This document shows positions 1 through 10,458 of a stretch of 59,802 nucleotides of DNA, piece by piece (position 1 is the stretch's first letter; every line of letters starts with the position of its first letter). Source of the DNA: Enterobacteria phage JenP2; sequence record NC_028997.1. One strand, 5' to 3'. The notes under the pieces were generated by a model. The model did not search any database, was not told where the DNA came from, and worked only from the letters and a program-made list of their open reading frames with translations. The position numbers and the translations under genes were made by a program.

Positions 1-552
1 ATGGTAAAGCCTATTCTACCTTGGACACGTAGCATTGAATACGAAGCCGATCTCACTAAAGAAGAGATGGCTATACGTGACTCTGTCGTTGAAGAATATC
101 TGTTCGATTATGATTGGGTTAATGCGTGTAAACGTGTTGGCATGAGCTCCGCAATGGCGTTTGATTATGCCAAACGTTTTCAGGATGATAGCTATTGCCA
201 AAGACGAATCAAAGAACTTCAACAGCAGAAAGCAAGAAGTGCTGAACGTGACCGCAAATATGAAATAGAACAAGAGCGCCAGCGCATCATTGAAGGTCTT
301 AGATTTGAATCCACTTATCGTGGTCCTGGATCTTCTCAAGCTGCTCGTGTTGCTGCATATAAACAATTATGTAGCATCTTTGGATTTGAAGCTCCTAAGC
401 AACAGAAGATGGATGTCGGTGTATCTACTGGTGTTATGCTGGTTCCTATGGTTGGTTCTATGGACGATTGGGAAAGAGTTGCTGGGGAGTCTCAGACTAA
501 GCTGCAAGAGGATACTTTAAATGGACTCAATGATTCAGACACCGTCCACTAA
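1..552 (+). CDS. putative terminase small subunit
   Basis: 183-aa ORF immediately upstream of and overlapping the large terminase gene; assignment is positional only. ATG at position 1, so the true start could lie upstream of the window. Confidence 0.4.
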   Translation: MVKPILPWTRSIEYEADLTKEEMAIRDSVVEEYLFDYDWVNACKRVGMSSAMAFDYAKRFQDDSYCQRRIKELQQQKARSAERDRKYEIEQERQRIIEGLRFESTYRGPGSSQAARVAAYKQLCSIFGFEAPKQQKMDVGVSTGVMLVPMVGSMDDWERVAGESQTKLQEDTLNGLNDSDTVH

Positions 553-2119
553 GGTAGTATGGAAACCACATCCAGGATCTCAGGTGTTGGCACTGAGTTG
601 CCCAGCCGATGAGATCCTTTATCATGGTACTCGTGGTCCTGGAAAGACTGATGCGCAGTTGATGCGTTTTCGTCGCTATGTTGGCATGGGGTACGGGAAA
701 CACTGGCGCGGTATCATTTTTGACCGAGAATACAAAAACTTAGATGACTTAGTGGCAAAGTCACAGCGTTGGTTTCCTGAATTTAACGATGGTTGTAAAT
801 TCTTATCTTCCAAGTCAGATTATAAATGGGTATGGCCTAGCGGCGAAGAACTAATGTTCCGTGTTGCTAAAAAACCTAAGGATTACTGGCTGTACCACGG
901 TCAGGAATTTCCATTTATTGGATGGAACGAATTAACTAAATATCCTGATAGTGGACTTTATGAAGCAATGAAGTCCTGTAACCGTACATCCTTTGTTGCA
1001 GAAGAGAACCCAATAATCATCGACGGTGATGTTTATCAAAGAACTGGACGTCTTGTCCTTGTTCAACCAGACCATGAATACGCAATGCGGTTCATACTAC
1101 CACCTTTGCCGTTGCAGATCTTTTCTACGACTAACCCATTTGGAGTTGGACATAACTGGGTCAAGAAATATTTTATTAACTCTTGTCCACTTGGGTCAAT
1201 GAAGAAGGAAGTAACGAACGTCTTCAACCCGCGTACACAGAAACGGGAAGACGTAGTTCGTACTCGCTGCCATATATTTGGTTCATATCGAGAGAACCGC
1301 AACTTGACACCTGAGTATGTTGCACAGCTTGTGAACATTGACGATCCTAACCTCCGTATGGCTTGGCTTGGTGGTAGCTGGGATATTACGTCCGGCGGAA
1401 TGTTCGACGACCTGTGGCGCCAGAATATACATGTGGTCAAGCCATTCCCAATACCTCACTCCTGGAGAATTGACAGATCATTTGACTGGGGCTCAAGTAA
1501 GCCTTTCTCAGTTGGATGGTGGGCAAGAAGTGATGGTAGTGATATCGTGTATCCGAATGGTCGTCGTGTACGAACAGTACGAGGTGACTTATTTAGGATC
1601 ATGGAGTGGTATGGTACTAACGGAAAACCGAACGAAGGTTTAAGATTATTGGATTCCGAAATTGCTCGTGGTATCATCGTCAGGGAAATTGAAGCTGGTT
1701 TATACGGTCGCGTAGTTCCAGGCCCTGCTGATAACAGCATTTGGGACGTTAAGGATGGTAACAGTACCGCAGCGACAATGTCTAAGCCAATAACTATCAA
1801 TGGTCGGTCTTATCCTGGTGTACAGTGGATCCGAAGTGATAAATCCCCTGGATCGCGTAAAGCAGGTTGGAAACGAATGCGGGAATATTTGGCTGCTTCA
1901 ATTCCGGATCCTAAGGTTGCTGCTTTACGTGAAAGACCTTCTATGTTTATTTTTGATAACTGTCATCACTTTATAGATCTTGTTCCAACTCTTGCTAGAG
2001 ACGAAGACGATCTTGATGATGTCGATACTGATTCTGAAGACCACATTGCTGACGAAGCTCGTTATCGAGTAGCCAACGAAGCACGTGGCGGTAGTATCGG
2101 TAAGACTGTGGGGACATAA
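521..2119 (+). CDS. terL: terminase large subunit
   Basis: 532 aa; Walker A-like GTRGPGKTD near the N-terminus; acidic C-terminal nuclease-like region; sits directly upstream of the portal gene. Confidence 0.85.
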   Translation: MDSMIQTPSTKVVWKPHPGSQVLALSCPADEILYHGTRGPGKTDAQLMRFRRYVGMGYGKHWRGIIFDREYKNLDDLVAKSQRWFPEFNDGCKFLSSKSDYKWVWPSGEELMFRVAKKPKDYWLYHGQEFPFIGWNELTKYPDSGLYEAMKSCNRTSFVAEENPIIIDGDVYQRTGRLVLVQPDHEYAMRFILPPLPLQIFSTTNPFGVGHNWVKKYFINSCPLGSMKKEVTNVFNPRTQKREDVVRTRCHIFGSYRENRNLTPEYVAQLVNIDDPNLRMAWLGGSWDITSGGMFDDLWRQNIHVVKPFPIPHSWRIDRSFDWGSSKPFSVGWWARSDGSDIVYPNGRRVRTVRGDLFRIMEWYGTNGKPNEGLRLLDSEIARGIIVREIEAGLYGRVVPGPADNSIWDVKDGNSTAATMSKPITINGRSYPGVQWIRSDKSPGSRKAGWKRMREYLAASIPDPKVAALRERPSMFIFDNCHHFIDLVPTLARDEDDLDDVDTDSEDHIADEARYRVANEARGGSIGKTVGT

Positions 2120-2131
2120 GGAGCTTAACAG

Positions 2132-3658
2132 ATGGCCATTTCTTCGGTTCATCCTAAATATTTACAGTTTAGTGCATTATGGTTGAAGATGCGAGACTGC
2201 TTCCTTGGAGCTGACCACATTAAGGCTCAAGGTACTTTGTATCTTCCACCGACACCTGCTATGCGTTATGACGGTATGAAACCAGGCGAAGATGGCTACA
2301 TCCGTTACAACGATTATAAAGAACGTGCAGTGTTCCCGGAGTATGTTGCCGATGCAGTAGTCAATCATGGTGGTATGCTCCATAGTAAGGCAGCTATCAT
2401 CCAGTTACCTGCTGCAATGGAACCCCTTCGTCAATCTGCTACCAGCAAACGCGAAGGTTTAGATCAGCTACTACGCCGCATAAACGAGCTACAGCTACGC
2501 GATGGTCGTCTTGGCCTTCTGTTGGAGCTGCCAGCGGGAAGTACCCGTGACACGCTGCCGTACATTGCGGTATACGAGGCGTTAAGTATACGAAACTGGG
2601 ACGACGGTGAGGATGATCTTGGTTCACTTAACCTTAACCTAGTTGTCCTGGATGAGTCCAAAGAAGTAATGGACAAGACTTCATTTGATTGGACTTATAA
2701 AGTTCAATATCGAGTTCTTGTTCTTGGAAGCGCCAATGTAGATGAACCATCAGATAGCGGTTACGTGTATGGACAGTATATGACAGAACTACTTCCTGGT
2801 GAAGATGACGAACCAGAAGAGGTGAGCTCTGACGTTGTAGTCCCTCAATATAAAGGTACTCCGCTTGAGCAGATACCTTTCGTATTTTGTAACGCTATGG
2901 ACTTAGTCCCAGAACCAGATAAACCACCGCTACTCGCATTAGCAAACAGATGTATTTCCATTTATCAGGGTGAAGCTGATTATCGACAGGCTTTGTTTAT
3001 GCAGAGCCAGGATACGCTGGTTGTTCGCGGTGGTATTACGAACAGTGACGCAATTGATGATAAAGCTCCTGTTCGTGTTGGTGCTGGTGCTCGCATTGAT
3101 GTATCTCCAGACGGTGATGCTAAATACATTGGCACTAACTCGCAAGGTTTACCGGAGCAACGTAAAGCACTTGAAGCTGACCATAAAGACGCGCAGGCCC
3201 GTTCCGGGCATTTGACCAGTGCAGAAAGTGCTTCTCAAGAATCTGGTGATGCACTGGAAACACGTCTTATCACCAAGACTGCTTCATTAGTTGGTATTGC
3301 TAAGACTGGTGCTGCTGCGTTAGAAAAAATCCTTCGTATTTGTGCTATATGGATGGGATTAAATCCAGATGAAGTTAAAGTTACACCTAACCTTGACTTC
3401 AGCAAAGCTAATATTGAAGGCCAGGAATTGGTGCAGGTGCAGACTGCCAAGAATCTTGGTGCTCCGTTATGTTCTGAGTCTATGCACAACTGGTTGCAGG
3501 ATAAGGGAATGACCTCTTTGACGTTTGAAGAGGAGATGAAACGGCTTGAGAAGGAGCGCGAAGAATACCCGTTCCTTTTACCTCAAGTTAAAAACGATCA
3601 GAACCAAATCCAGCAAACAACTGGAGAACAGACGGGGAATGAAAATGCCACTAAGTAA
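2132..3658 (+). CDS. portal protein
   Basis: 508 aa, directly downstream of terL, acidic C-terminus; size and position typical of portal proteins. Confidence 0.7.
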   Translation: MAISSVHPKYLQFSALWLKMRDCFLGADHIKAQGTLYLPPTPAMRYDGMKPGEDGYIRYNDYKERAVFPEYVADAVVNHGGMLHSKAAIIQLPAAMEPLRQSATSKREGLDQLLRRINELQLRDGRLGLLLELPAGSTRDTLPYIAVYEALSIRNWDDGEDDLGSLNLNLVVLDESKEVMDKTSFDWTYKVQYRVLVLGSANVDEPSDSGYVYGQYMTELLPGEDDEPEEVSSDVVVPQYKGTPLEQIPFVFCNAMDLVPEPDKPPLLALANRCISIYQGEADYRQALFMQSQDTLVVRGGITNSDAIDDKAPVRVGAGARIDVSPDGDAKYIGTNSQGLPEQRKALEADHKDAQARSGHLTSAESASQESGDALETRLITKTASLVGIAKTGAAALEKILRICAIWMGLNPDEVKVTPNLDFSKANIEGQELVQVQTAKNLGAPLCSESMHNWLQDKGMTSLTFEEEMKRLEKEREEYPFLLPQVKNDQNQIQQTTGEQTGNENATK

Positions 3659-3731
3659 AGGCGTGCAACGTAAAGCAAAAGCCAAGAGTAAAAAATAGTT
3701 GCTTCATTCTTAATGATGTATTAGTCTTTAT

Positions 3732-3760
3732 AGCGCGGTAGAACGGTCTATCGCGCTTTT
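3732..3760 (+). terminator. weak stem-loop plus T-run after the portal gene
   Basis: AGCGCG ... CGCGCT stem followed by TTTT; also a direct repeat G(T/G)GAACGGTC present twice just here. Confidence 0.3.
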
Positions 3761-3788
3761 AGTGGAACGGTCCACAATGGAGAATTTT

Positions 3789-4667
3789 ATGAACAAATAT
3801 CACATTCATCTAGCGGTAGCTTATTCCGCTGGCTTCTTCCAGTCCATGCCTCGTTTTGGTGCATTGGAACTTGAATATACTTCTGAAGATGAAATCCCGG
3901 AAAACGCGCGTGAGTATTATTCCCAAGAAGGCGATAAGTGGATCCTCACTGGTGTAAAGGGTGGTGGCAAACAGAATATTGACAGGTTGCAATCCGCACT
4001 TGAAAAAGAACGCAACGATCATAAAGCGGTCAAGAGTAAGCTAAGTAAGCTGAACGGACGTGATATTGACGAACTCTTGCAGCGAGACGCTGAATATGAA
4101 GAGCTTAAACTGCGTGCGGATAAAGTTGATGATGAAAAGTTGGAGCAAATCATTAACGTACGAATCCGTAACAAGTTAACTCCGCTTGAGCGTGAACGTG
4201 ACGAGCTGAAAAACAAACTTTCTACCTATGAGAAGCAAGTAGAAGAGCTGACCACAAAAGAGAAGAACCGCATCGTTAAGACCGCTCTGAGCAAGGCTGC
4301 AATGTCTGCTAAAGTGATCACAGAAGCTATTGACGACGTGGAACTGATTGGTTCTCGTTTGTTTGAGCTCACCGAAGACGGTCAGGTTGTAACACGCGAC
4401 GGTGTGGGCGTAACTCCTGGCATTACTCCAGAAATGTGGTTACAGGACATTCAGGATAAGAAACCTCACTGGTTCCCTGGAAACGTTGGCGGTGGTGCTG
4501 GTGGCTCACGTACTCCTGGCGCTGCTGGTAAAAACCCGTGGAGTGTCGAAGGTTGGAACCTTACTGAGCAGGGTAAAATTCTTCGTGAAAATCCTGAAAA
4601 AGCAGGCCGTCTGGCAGCCATGGCTGGCGTGGACTTGAAGCGTCCAGTACGTCCAGTTAAAAAATAA
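3789..4667 (+). CDS. putative scaffolding protein
   Basis: Lies between portal and major capsid; charged, coiled-coil-like K/E/L/R-rich centre; start moved to the ATG at 3789, which has a GGAGA Shine-Dalgarno 7 nt upstream. Confidence 0.5.
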   Translation: MNKYHIHLAVAYSAGFFQSMPRFGALELEYTSEDEIPENAREYYSQEGDKWILTGVKGGGKQNIDRLQSALEKERNDHKAVKSKLSKLNGRDIDELLQRDAEYEELKLRADKVDDEKLEQIINVRIRNKLTPLERERDELKNKLSTYEKQVEELTTKEKNRIVKTALSKAAMSAKVITEAIDDVELIGSRLFELTEDGQVVTRDGVGVTPGITPEMWLQDIQDKKPHWFPGNVGGGAGGSRTPGAAGKNPWSVEGWNLTEQGKILRENPEKAGRLAAMAGVDLKRPVRPVKK

Positions 4668-4686
4668 TAAAATTTGTTGACACTCC

Positions 4687-4719
4687 CTCCGGTTGGTGTT
4701 AGTTTTACATCAACCGGAG
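4687..4719 (+). promoter_or_regulatory. intergenic stem-loop between scaffold and capsid genes
   Basis: 9-bp perfect inverted repeat CTCCGGTTG / CAACCGGAG with a 15-nt loop, no T-run; possible attenuator or RNA processing site. Confidence 0.3.
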
Positions 4720-4805
4720 CACGGGCTCCGATCAATCAAGGATTATTGGAGCCTCCCACGGCGGTAGAGTTCCAAAGTAAATCGATTAACTTTGCGGAGA
4801 CTACC

Positions 4806-5909
4806 ATGTCTAAAATTCTGTCAGCTCCGATGCTTAATTTGCGAGCTACCAATTCAATTCTTCTGTCTGCTGTTCGTCGTGGTGCAATCACTCAACTTGC
4901 AGATGTTATCGTTCCAGAGATCTTCGTACCGTATGTGCAGAACCGCACAACTGAAAAGTCCCGACTGATTCAGTCTGGTGCTATTGAGATTTCTGAGCGT
5001 CTTAACGCCGCATTGATGGGTGAAGGTACTACCTTTAACCAGCGTTTCTTCAAAGACCTGGATCGTGACGAAGAAAACGTTTCAAGTGCAAGCGATTCAA
5101 CCGATTCTACTCCTGGTGGTATCAAATCCGGGCGTGAAATTCAGATCCGTCTGTCCCGTAACCATTCATGGGGTTCTGCGGACCTGCTGGACAGCTTGAT
5201 CTCCCCTGACCCGCTGGATGCTATCATTAATCTAGTGGCAAGCTACCGTCAGAGCCGTCTGCAACGTGCATTCGTTGCAACTGTCGGTGGTGTGTTCGCC
5301 ATGAACGCCGCTGCTCCGACTGGTTCCGGTGATAAGAAGTCTACCCATGTTCAGAACGATATGACCCACGATATCTCTGGTTCATCCTTCGTTGATGGTG
5401 TGACTAACTTCAACCCGGCTGGTGTTATCCTGGCTGCTGGTACTATGGGCGACTCCCTGAACGACCTGTCCATGATGATGGTACACAGTGTGGTTTACCA
5501 GCGTATGCAGCTCATGAACCTGATCGACTTCATCCCGGATGCCCGTGCTGAAGTAATGATCCCGACTTACATGGGCCGTGAAGTTATCGTTGATGATATG
5601 ATGCCTCACGACAACGGTAAGTACGAAACCTGGCTGGTCGGTCGTGGTGCGTTCCAGTTAGGTGTTGGTTCACCGAAAGTTCCTGTTGAAACTGACCGTA
5701 AACCTGCATCCTACAAAGGTGGTGGTTCTGAAATCCTGTATCACCGCTGGGAAAACATCATTCACCCTGTCGGTCACGCATGGGTTGGTACTGCCGCTGA
5801 AGGTGGCCCGGATAACGCCGCTCTGAAGACTGCTACTAACTGGGCTCGTGTATTCCCTGAGCGTAAACAGATTAAGATTGCTCGCCTGATCACTCGCGAA
5901 CACGCTTAA
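4806..5909 (+). CDS. major capsid protein
   Basis: 367 aa from the ATG at 4806 (GGAGA SD upstream); the track start at 4674 would read through the upstream hairpin. Position after the scaffold and a strong terminator downstream fit a highly expressed capsid gene. Confidence 0.8.
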   Translation: MSKILSAPMLNLRATNSILLSAVRRGAITQLADVIVPEIFVPYVQNRTTEKSRLIQSGAIEISERLNAALMGEGTTFNQRFFKDLDRDEENVSSASDSTDSTPGGIKSGREIQIRLSRNHSWGSADLLDSLISPDPLDAIINLVASYRQSRLQRAFVATVGGVFAMNAAAPTGSGDKKSTHVQNDMTHDISGSSFVDGVTNFNPAGVILAAGTMGDSLNDLSMMMVHSVVYQRMQLMNLIDFIPDARAEVMIPTYMGREVIVDDMMPHDNGKYETWLVGRGAFQLGVGSPKVPVETDRKPASYKGGGSEILYHRWENIIHPVGHAWVGTAAEGGPDNAALKTATNWARVFPERKQIKIARLITREHA

Positions 5910-5928
5910 TGCTTTAGCCATGTAATTA

Positions 5929-5953
5929 AAGGGGCCTATATGGTCCCTTTTTT
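5929..5953 (+). terminator. rho-independent terminator
   Basis: AAGGGGCC-TATAT-GGTCCCTT stem (one G-U pair) followed by TTTTTT, directly after the capsid stop codon. Confidence 0.6.
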
Positions 5954-5966
5954 GTTAGGAGGAAAC

Positions 5967-6401
5967 ATGCGTTATCAACGTCATTCAAGACATCGTCGTT
6001 ATGTACGTCATGAACGTCACGGTTCAGATGCAACACCTAAAGAGAAGATTAAGACTGTAGGTAAAGTTCAGTATTCAGCTGATGGTGAAAGTGGTTGGCA
6101 AGATACAATCCCTGCTGGTCTTATGAAAGTAAGTACACCACTGACTTTCTACATTCGTGCTAAAGAAGTAGATCCGGCGGACGATGGTTCTTATATCTAC
6201 AAGTTCAAAATTGCTGATGGAACTGGTGATGCGTTGTCCCTTCAAAATACGGACGTCAACAAAGCAAAAATCTCTGGTACAGCTCCGGAAGGTATGCTGA
6301 GTAAAACGTTCAGTGTCAACTGTACCGTTGAAGACAGTTATGGGACAGAAGTTACGGGAACTGCATTAACGCAAGCCTGGTCTGCAGCTTCCGTAGTATA
6401 A
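5967..6401 (+). CDS. hypothetical protein, possible head decoration protein
   Basis: 144 aa from the ATG at 5967 (AGGAGG SD); Arg/His-rich N-terminus (RYQRHSRHRRYVRHERH) then a beta-rich region; flanked by terminators. Confidence 0.5.
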   Translation: MRYQRHSRHRRYVRHERHGSDATPKEKIKTVGKVQYSADGESGWQDTIPAGLMKVSTPLTFYIRAKEVDPADDGSYIYKFKIADGTGDALSLQNTDVNKAKISGTAPEGMLSKTFSVNCTVEDSYGTEVTGTALTQAWSAASVV

Positions 6402-6426
6402 ACGTTAAATTGCTAGATGTTTTAAA

Positions 6427-6461
6427 GGGTGTTACACTTCGCTTGTAACACCTTTTATTTT
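6427..6461 (+). terminator. rho-independent terminator
   Basis: GGTGTTACA-cttcgct-TGTAACACC stem followed by TTTTATTTT. Confidence 0.7.
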
Positions 6462-6470
6462 GAGGAATGA

Positions 6471-7142
6471 ATGATGAAAGACAAGATCATTGAAGGGCTT
6501 CGTAAACTCAATATTGAGAATGACAATCATTGGACTGCCGATGGTCTGCCTAAAATTGAAGCATTGAAGTTTACAGTTGGCCCGTCTGTCACGCGAGAAG
6601 ATGTCAATTCTGTTGCGCCTGGGTTCACTCGTTCAAATCCTGTAATTGAGGACGTCGAACATGAAGAAAAGCAAGACACTTCCTCCATGCAGGAAACCGA
6701 ACAGACGGAAGTTGTTGCAGATACCGACAATGTACAATATGAATCCTTATCTACGGTTGAAGCAGACAAGGAAACTGTTAACGGTAAATCAATTGTCACT
6801 ACGCGAATAGCTTTAGACATTAACGTCAACGATGCAGTTAAGGCAATGTTGGAAGACATTCCGGTTATTGACTTTGAAACTGTTTCTGTTGAAGAGTTAA
6901 AAGAATACGAGAAAGCTCTTTTAGAACAAGTTAACGCAGACAACCAAATGTTATCTGCGATGAACGAACTCGTTGAAGCTCGAGCTAAACTGTATGCAAA
7001 AGTCAACACGGAAATTGAACGTCGTAAGCCTAAGACAGAACTAGCCCACACGTTAGCATCTTTCCGAGACCAGATGTCACAAGTTGCACATGTGGTCAAT
7101 CAGCCGCGTATGGTTGTTCGTAACGGTATTCGCACTCGCTAA
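6471..7142 (+). CDS. hypothetical acidic protein (head module)
   Basis: 223 aa; GAGGAA SD before ATGATG; acidic composition. Confidence 0.55.
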   Translation: MMKDKIIEGLRKLNIENDNHWTADGLPKIEALKFTVGPSVTREDVNSVAPGFTRSNPVIEDVEHEEKQDTSSMQETEQTEVVADTDNVQYESLSTVEADKETVNGKSIVTTRIALDINVNDAVKAMLEDIPVIDFETVSVEELKEYEKALLEQVNADNQMLSAMNELVEARAKLYAKVNTEIERRKPKTELAHTLASFRDQMSQVAHVVNQPRMVVRNGIRTR

Positions 7143-7150
7143 GGTGATAT

Positions 7151-7480
7151 ATGGCATTTCGAACAGACAAAAAGTTCTTGTTTCATATGATGCAACGTAA
7201 CAGACGTCGTCGAGATGCCACGTTGAATCCTGTAAGCGGTGTCCTGGGGTGGGTAACACCGCCCCCATCGACAGGTGTCGTAGATACTGATTACGTTATG
7301 ACGTGGCAAAATGGCCAGACGCCTTACGTTGTACAGGTCTTTAAAGATAAAGAATTGGTTTCACAGAATCAGTTTGATTTGCAGACCTTCACAATTAACA
7401 AATCATCTGCTGCAAGATATGATATTAAAATTATAAGCGCAGACGGTCAAATTCTTAATGCTACAATAGATATTGCCTGA
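7151..7480 (+). CDS. hypothetical protein (head module)
   Basis: 109-aa ORF in the co-oriented structural operon. Confidence 0.5.
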   Translation: MAFRTDKKFLFHMMQRNRRRRDATLNPVSGVLGWVTPPPSTGVVDTDYVMTWQNGQTPYVVQVFKDKELVSQNQFDLQTFTINKSSAARYDIKIISADGQILNATIDIA

Positions 7481-7487
7481 GGTGCAT

Positions 7488-7991
7488 ATGACTGTAACTA
7501 TCATTGTTGAAGATGGGTCTTGTGTACCTAATGCAAATAGCTATATTGATGTCGAATATGCTACGCAATATTTAGAAGACCGTGGGGTTACTGTCCCGGC
7601 GGAAGATAAGTTGAAACCTATGCTTATCAATGCGATGGATTTTATGGAGAGTCTTAACCGCTATAAGGGTAAGCGCACCAACCAAGATCAGGAGCTACAG
7701 TTCCCGCGCAGCGGCTTATACAGCGACGGTGTAGAGATTCCAGGTAACACCATACCTGTAGCAATTAAGCGAGCACAGGCCCAACTGGTCGCGGATACGG
7801 TGCAGAGCGGTAAGCCGTTATTAAGTAACAGTACCAGTTATGCACTGAAAAAGCGTGTTCTTGGACCACTGACGCTTGAATATGCAGTCGGTCAGAGTGC
7901 TGTATTAGAAAGTGCAACACCACATCCACGTTTCTGGGCTTTGATTAATGACTACCTGCGAAGCTCTAGCTCACAAGGAGTAATGCGATGA
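7488..7991 (+). CDS. putative head-tail connector / head completion protein
   Basis: Start at the ATG at 7488 with GAGGTG SD; position between head genes and neck genes; assignment mainly positional. Confidence 0.45.
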   Translation: MTVTIIVEDGSCVPNANSYIDVEYATQYLEDRGVTVPAEDKLKPMLINAMDFMESLNRYKGKRTNQDQELQFPRSGLYSDGVEIPGNTIPVAIKRAQAQLVADTVQSGKPLLSNSTSYALKKRVLGPLTLEYAVGQSAVLESATPHPRFWALINDYLRSSSSQGVMR

Positions 7992-8362
7992 CAATTGCTT
8001 CAGAATTTATTGCAATGGCACATGAAATGCTGAACGACCAAGAAATTGGTTTTGATGGAACACTCATTGTCAAAGTAAAAGAAGAGGGAAGTGAATCAAA
8101 GCCTTGGGCTCCGACTTTTAAAGAACAGGAAATACCACTACGTTTGTTCTATGACGAGCAGTCAAAGACTAACGTAAACGGTAGTATAATTCTTCAAGGC
8201 GAAAAGGTCTTTATCGCTTACGAACCGGACGGTATTAGTCTGGAAGATTGCATTGGTTTTAAATTTATTGACCACAAAGGGCGCTCGTTTGTCGTTAATG
8301 CAGTTGAGCCTATCGGTGCGGGTGGAACTACAATCATTAGTTACGTTAAGGTTGGTTCCTAA
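7988..8362 (+). CDS. hypothetical protein (head-tail joining module)
   Basis: 124 aa; start overlaps the upstream stop (translational coupling). Confidence 0.45.
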   Translation: MTIASEFIAMAHEMLNDQEIGFDGTLIVKVKEEGSESKPWAPTFKEQEIPLRLFYDEQSKTNVNGSIILQGEKVFIAYEPDGISLEDCIGFKFIDHKGRSFVVNAVEPIGAGGTTIISYVKVGS

Positions 8363-8781
8363 TGGCTAAGAAGAGCTTCCGTGATCAGTTTACCAGTGCT
8401 CAATTAAGAGCCATGCAAAAAGCCGCAGGTGAGGTGAAACAAAGACTTTATGGCTTCGTTAGTGCTGTTGTTGATGACACTCCTGTTAAGGACGGTGGAT
8501 TACGCGGAAGTTGGCAGATACAGAAATCACCCGACCTTATTGAGGACAATCTACCGGAAGACCCGTCCGGAGCTGCTACGAAACAAAGATTGTTTACTAA
8601 GATAAGATATCTCCCAATCCATCAAGATTGGGATATTTATTTTGGTAACGGTAAACCTTATGCTCAGAAGATTGAATATGAGGGTTACAGTAAGCAAGCG
8701 CCTAATGGGATGTTGCGTAAGAACATCGCAAGAGGTGGACAGGCATTCAGTGGATTTAAACTTGGGAGCTTTGATAAATGA
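8362..8781 (+). CDS. putative neck / tail completion protein
   Basis: 139 aa; overlapping start and stop with both neighbours; position upstream of the major tail protein. Confidence 0.4.
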   Translation: MAKKSFRDQFTSAQLRAMQKAAGEVKQRLYGFVSAVVDDTPVKDGGLRGSWQIQKSPDLIEDNLPEDPSGAATKQRLFTKIRYLPIHQDWDIYFGNGKPYAQKIEYEGYSKQAPNGMLRKNIARGGQAFSGFKLGSFDK

Positions 8782-9245
8782 TCCCGTATCCGTTTCATTG
8801 GGTCGAAGATACCCTGAAATCACACTTAGTGAATAACTATGCTGAAATGTCACACGCTATGGCGTGGAAGAACTTGACATTTGATGCCAGCGGCTTTAAA
8901 GTGTGGTTAAAGATTATCAATACCCCATCCAGTGAAGACCCTGTAACGTTAGGCCCTTATGGCGATAATGAAATGCGTGGGTTTTTACAGATTGGTGTAT
9001 ATTCACAGTTGAATATTGGTATTGAAGAATCTAATGCTGTTCTTGGGCATGTGAGTAAAATCTTTAGTGTACCAAGACAGCTCCAAGCACCAGACGGCTG
9101 CATGTTAAGACTGACAAGAAAGACGTTTTCTCAAGGTGGGCAGACGTCTATTGCAGACTTCACTCGCGGTGGTGTTGAGGGTGTTTGGGATGCTCAATAT
9201 GTAACAATCTACTGGCTCGCACGTGAGCCTAAACAGAGGATATAA
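8778..9245 (+). CDS. hypothetical protein, possible tail terminator
   Basis: 155-aa ORF immediately upstream of the major tail protein gene. Confidence 0.4.
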   Translation: MIPYPFHWVEDTLKSHLVNNYAEMSHAMAWKNLTFDASGFKVWLKIINTPSSEDPVTLGPYGDNEMRGFLQIGVYSQLNIGIEESNAVLGHVSKIFSVPRQLQAPDGCMLRLTRKTFSQGGQTSIADFTRGGVEGVWDAQYVTIYWLAREPKQRI

Positions 9246-9247
9246 CG

Positions 9248-10429
9248 ATGGCTGAAGGTTCACGTTATAGTAGCTATTACATCAAAGAACAAACCTCCGG
9301 TGTCACTCCGTCTAGCGGAACTCTGAAGGTCTTTCGTGCTACTAAATCGGGTCTGGATATTAAAATCGCTACTCTGCAATCTGAAGAAATTCGAGATGAT
9401 GCAGAAGTGGCGGATTTCCGTCTTGGTGCTCGTCACGTAGAAGGTACAGCAACGGGTGAATTGTCTTATGAGACATTTGACGACCTGTTGGGTGGTGCAT
9501 TACGTGGTACGTTTGCGGGAGAAGCGTTGACCGCAAGTATCGAGCGCCAATCTTTTACCTTTATTGACTATAATGCAGATATTCCAGATTTCCCGTATAC
9601 CATCTATCGTGGTTGTGAAGTTAACAGTCTTGCAATTACTGTAAGTGCTGAAGCTATCACCAGCGTGGAATTCGGTATCGTTGGTCGTACAATGGAACAG
9701 GCTGCTACCCTGCCGTCTGGTCTAAGTAAAGGTACTCGTACGACTACGTCACCTATGGATGGCTTCTCTGGTAAGCTAACTATGGGCGATGTGTCTGTTG
9801 ATGTTATCACTGAGATGGCTATTAACATTGAGAACGGCATCGAGCCTCGCTTCGTTGTTGGTTCCAAGTTCTCTATTAAGCCAAGCTCTAAACGTCGTCA
9901 GATCAGTGGTACACTGACCGCCTACTACGAAGATAACAAACTGCGTAGTAAGTTCCTGAACGAACAGGAAAGTGACCTGACTATCGATATCCTGGACGGA
10001 ACTACTGGTGCTGGTTATCGTTTCAGTATGCCTCGTATCAAGATTACGGAAGCTCCGCGTCCAATCGATGGTGAAGGCGATATCATGCTAAACATGAGTT
10101 ATACTGGTCTGTTGGATCAGGAAGAAGGTTACAGCATTCGTATTACCAAACTTCCTCCGATGTCTTTCACTACGGATCTTACCGCCAATAAGACAATCAC
10201 TAAAGGCCAGGCGCTAACACTGTCAGTTGTGGTTAAAGGTGGTGCGGAACCTTATACCTACGTGTGGAAGAAAGGTGGTGTTGTTATTCCAGATGCTAAA
10301 CAAGCGACATACACTAAATCTAACGCACAAGAAGCGGATGCTGGTCAGTATGTATGTGAAGTAACAGATTCACATGGTCGTACTATACCGAGCACACCTT
10401 GTCTTGTTGCTGTTAATCCTGGTGAGTAA
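9248..10429 (+). CDS. major tail protein with C-terminal Ig-like domain
   Basis: 393 aa; C-terminal ~90 aa has an Ig-like pattern (GQALTLSVVVKGG...YTYVWKKGG...DAGQYVCEVTD); followed by a terminator and then the G/GT chaperones and tape measure. Confidence 0.7.
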   Translation: MAEGSRYSSYYIKEQTSGVTPSSGTLKVFRATKSGLDIKIATLQSEEIRDDAEVADFRLGARHVEGTATGELSYETFDDLLGGALRGTFAGEALTASIERQSFTFIDYNADIPDFPYTIYRGCEVNSLAITVSAEAITSVEFGIVGRTMEQAATLPSGLSKGTRTTTSPMDGFSGKLTMGDVSVDVITEMAINIENGIEPRFVVGSKFSIKPSSKRRQISGTLTAYYEDNKLRSKFLNEQESDLTIDILDGTTGAGYRFSMPRIKITEAPRPIDGEGDIMLNMSYTGLLDQEEGYSIRITKLPPMSFTTDLTANKTITKGQALTLSVVVKGGAEPYTYVWKKGGVVIPDAKQATYTKSNAQEADAGQYVCEVTDSHGRTIPSTPCLVAVNPGE

Positions 10430-10433
10430 TTGA

Positions 10434-10458
10434 AACGGGGTGTAAACCCCGTTTTATT
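10434..10458 (+). terminator. rho-independent terminator
   Basis: AACGGGG-tgtaaa-CCCCGTT stem followed by TTATT. Confidence 0.6.

Noticed and set aside
16-520. ORFs 16-366 (minus) and 290-520 (plus) overlapping the small terminase gene
   Set aside because: They lie inside the co-oriented small terminase and terL operon with no start signals; judged to be spurious frames.
4674-4805. N-terminal extension of the major capsid ORF from the track start
   Set aside because: The extension would read through the intergenic hairpin and has no Shine-Dalgarno, whereas the ATG at 4806 has a GGAGA SD and gives a typical 367-aa capsid protein.
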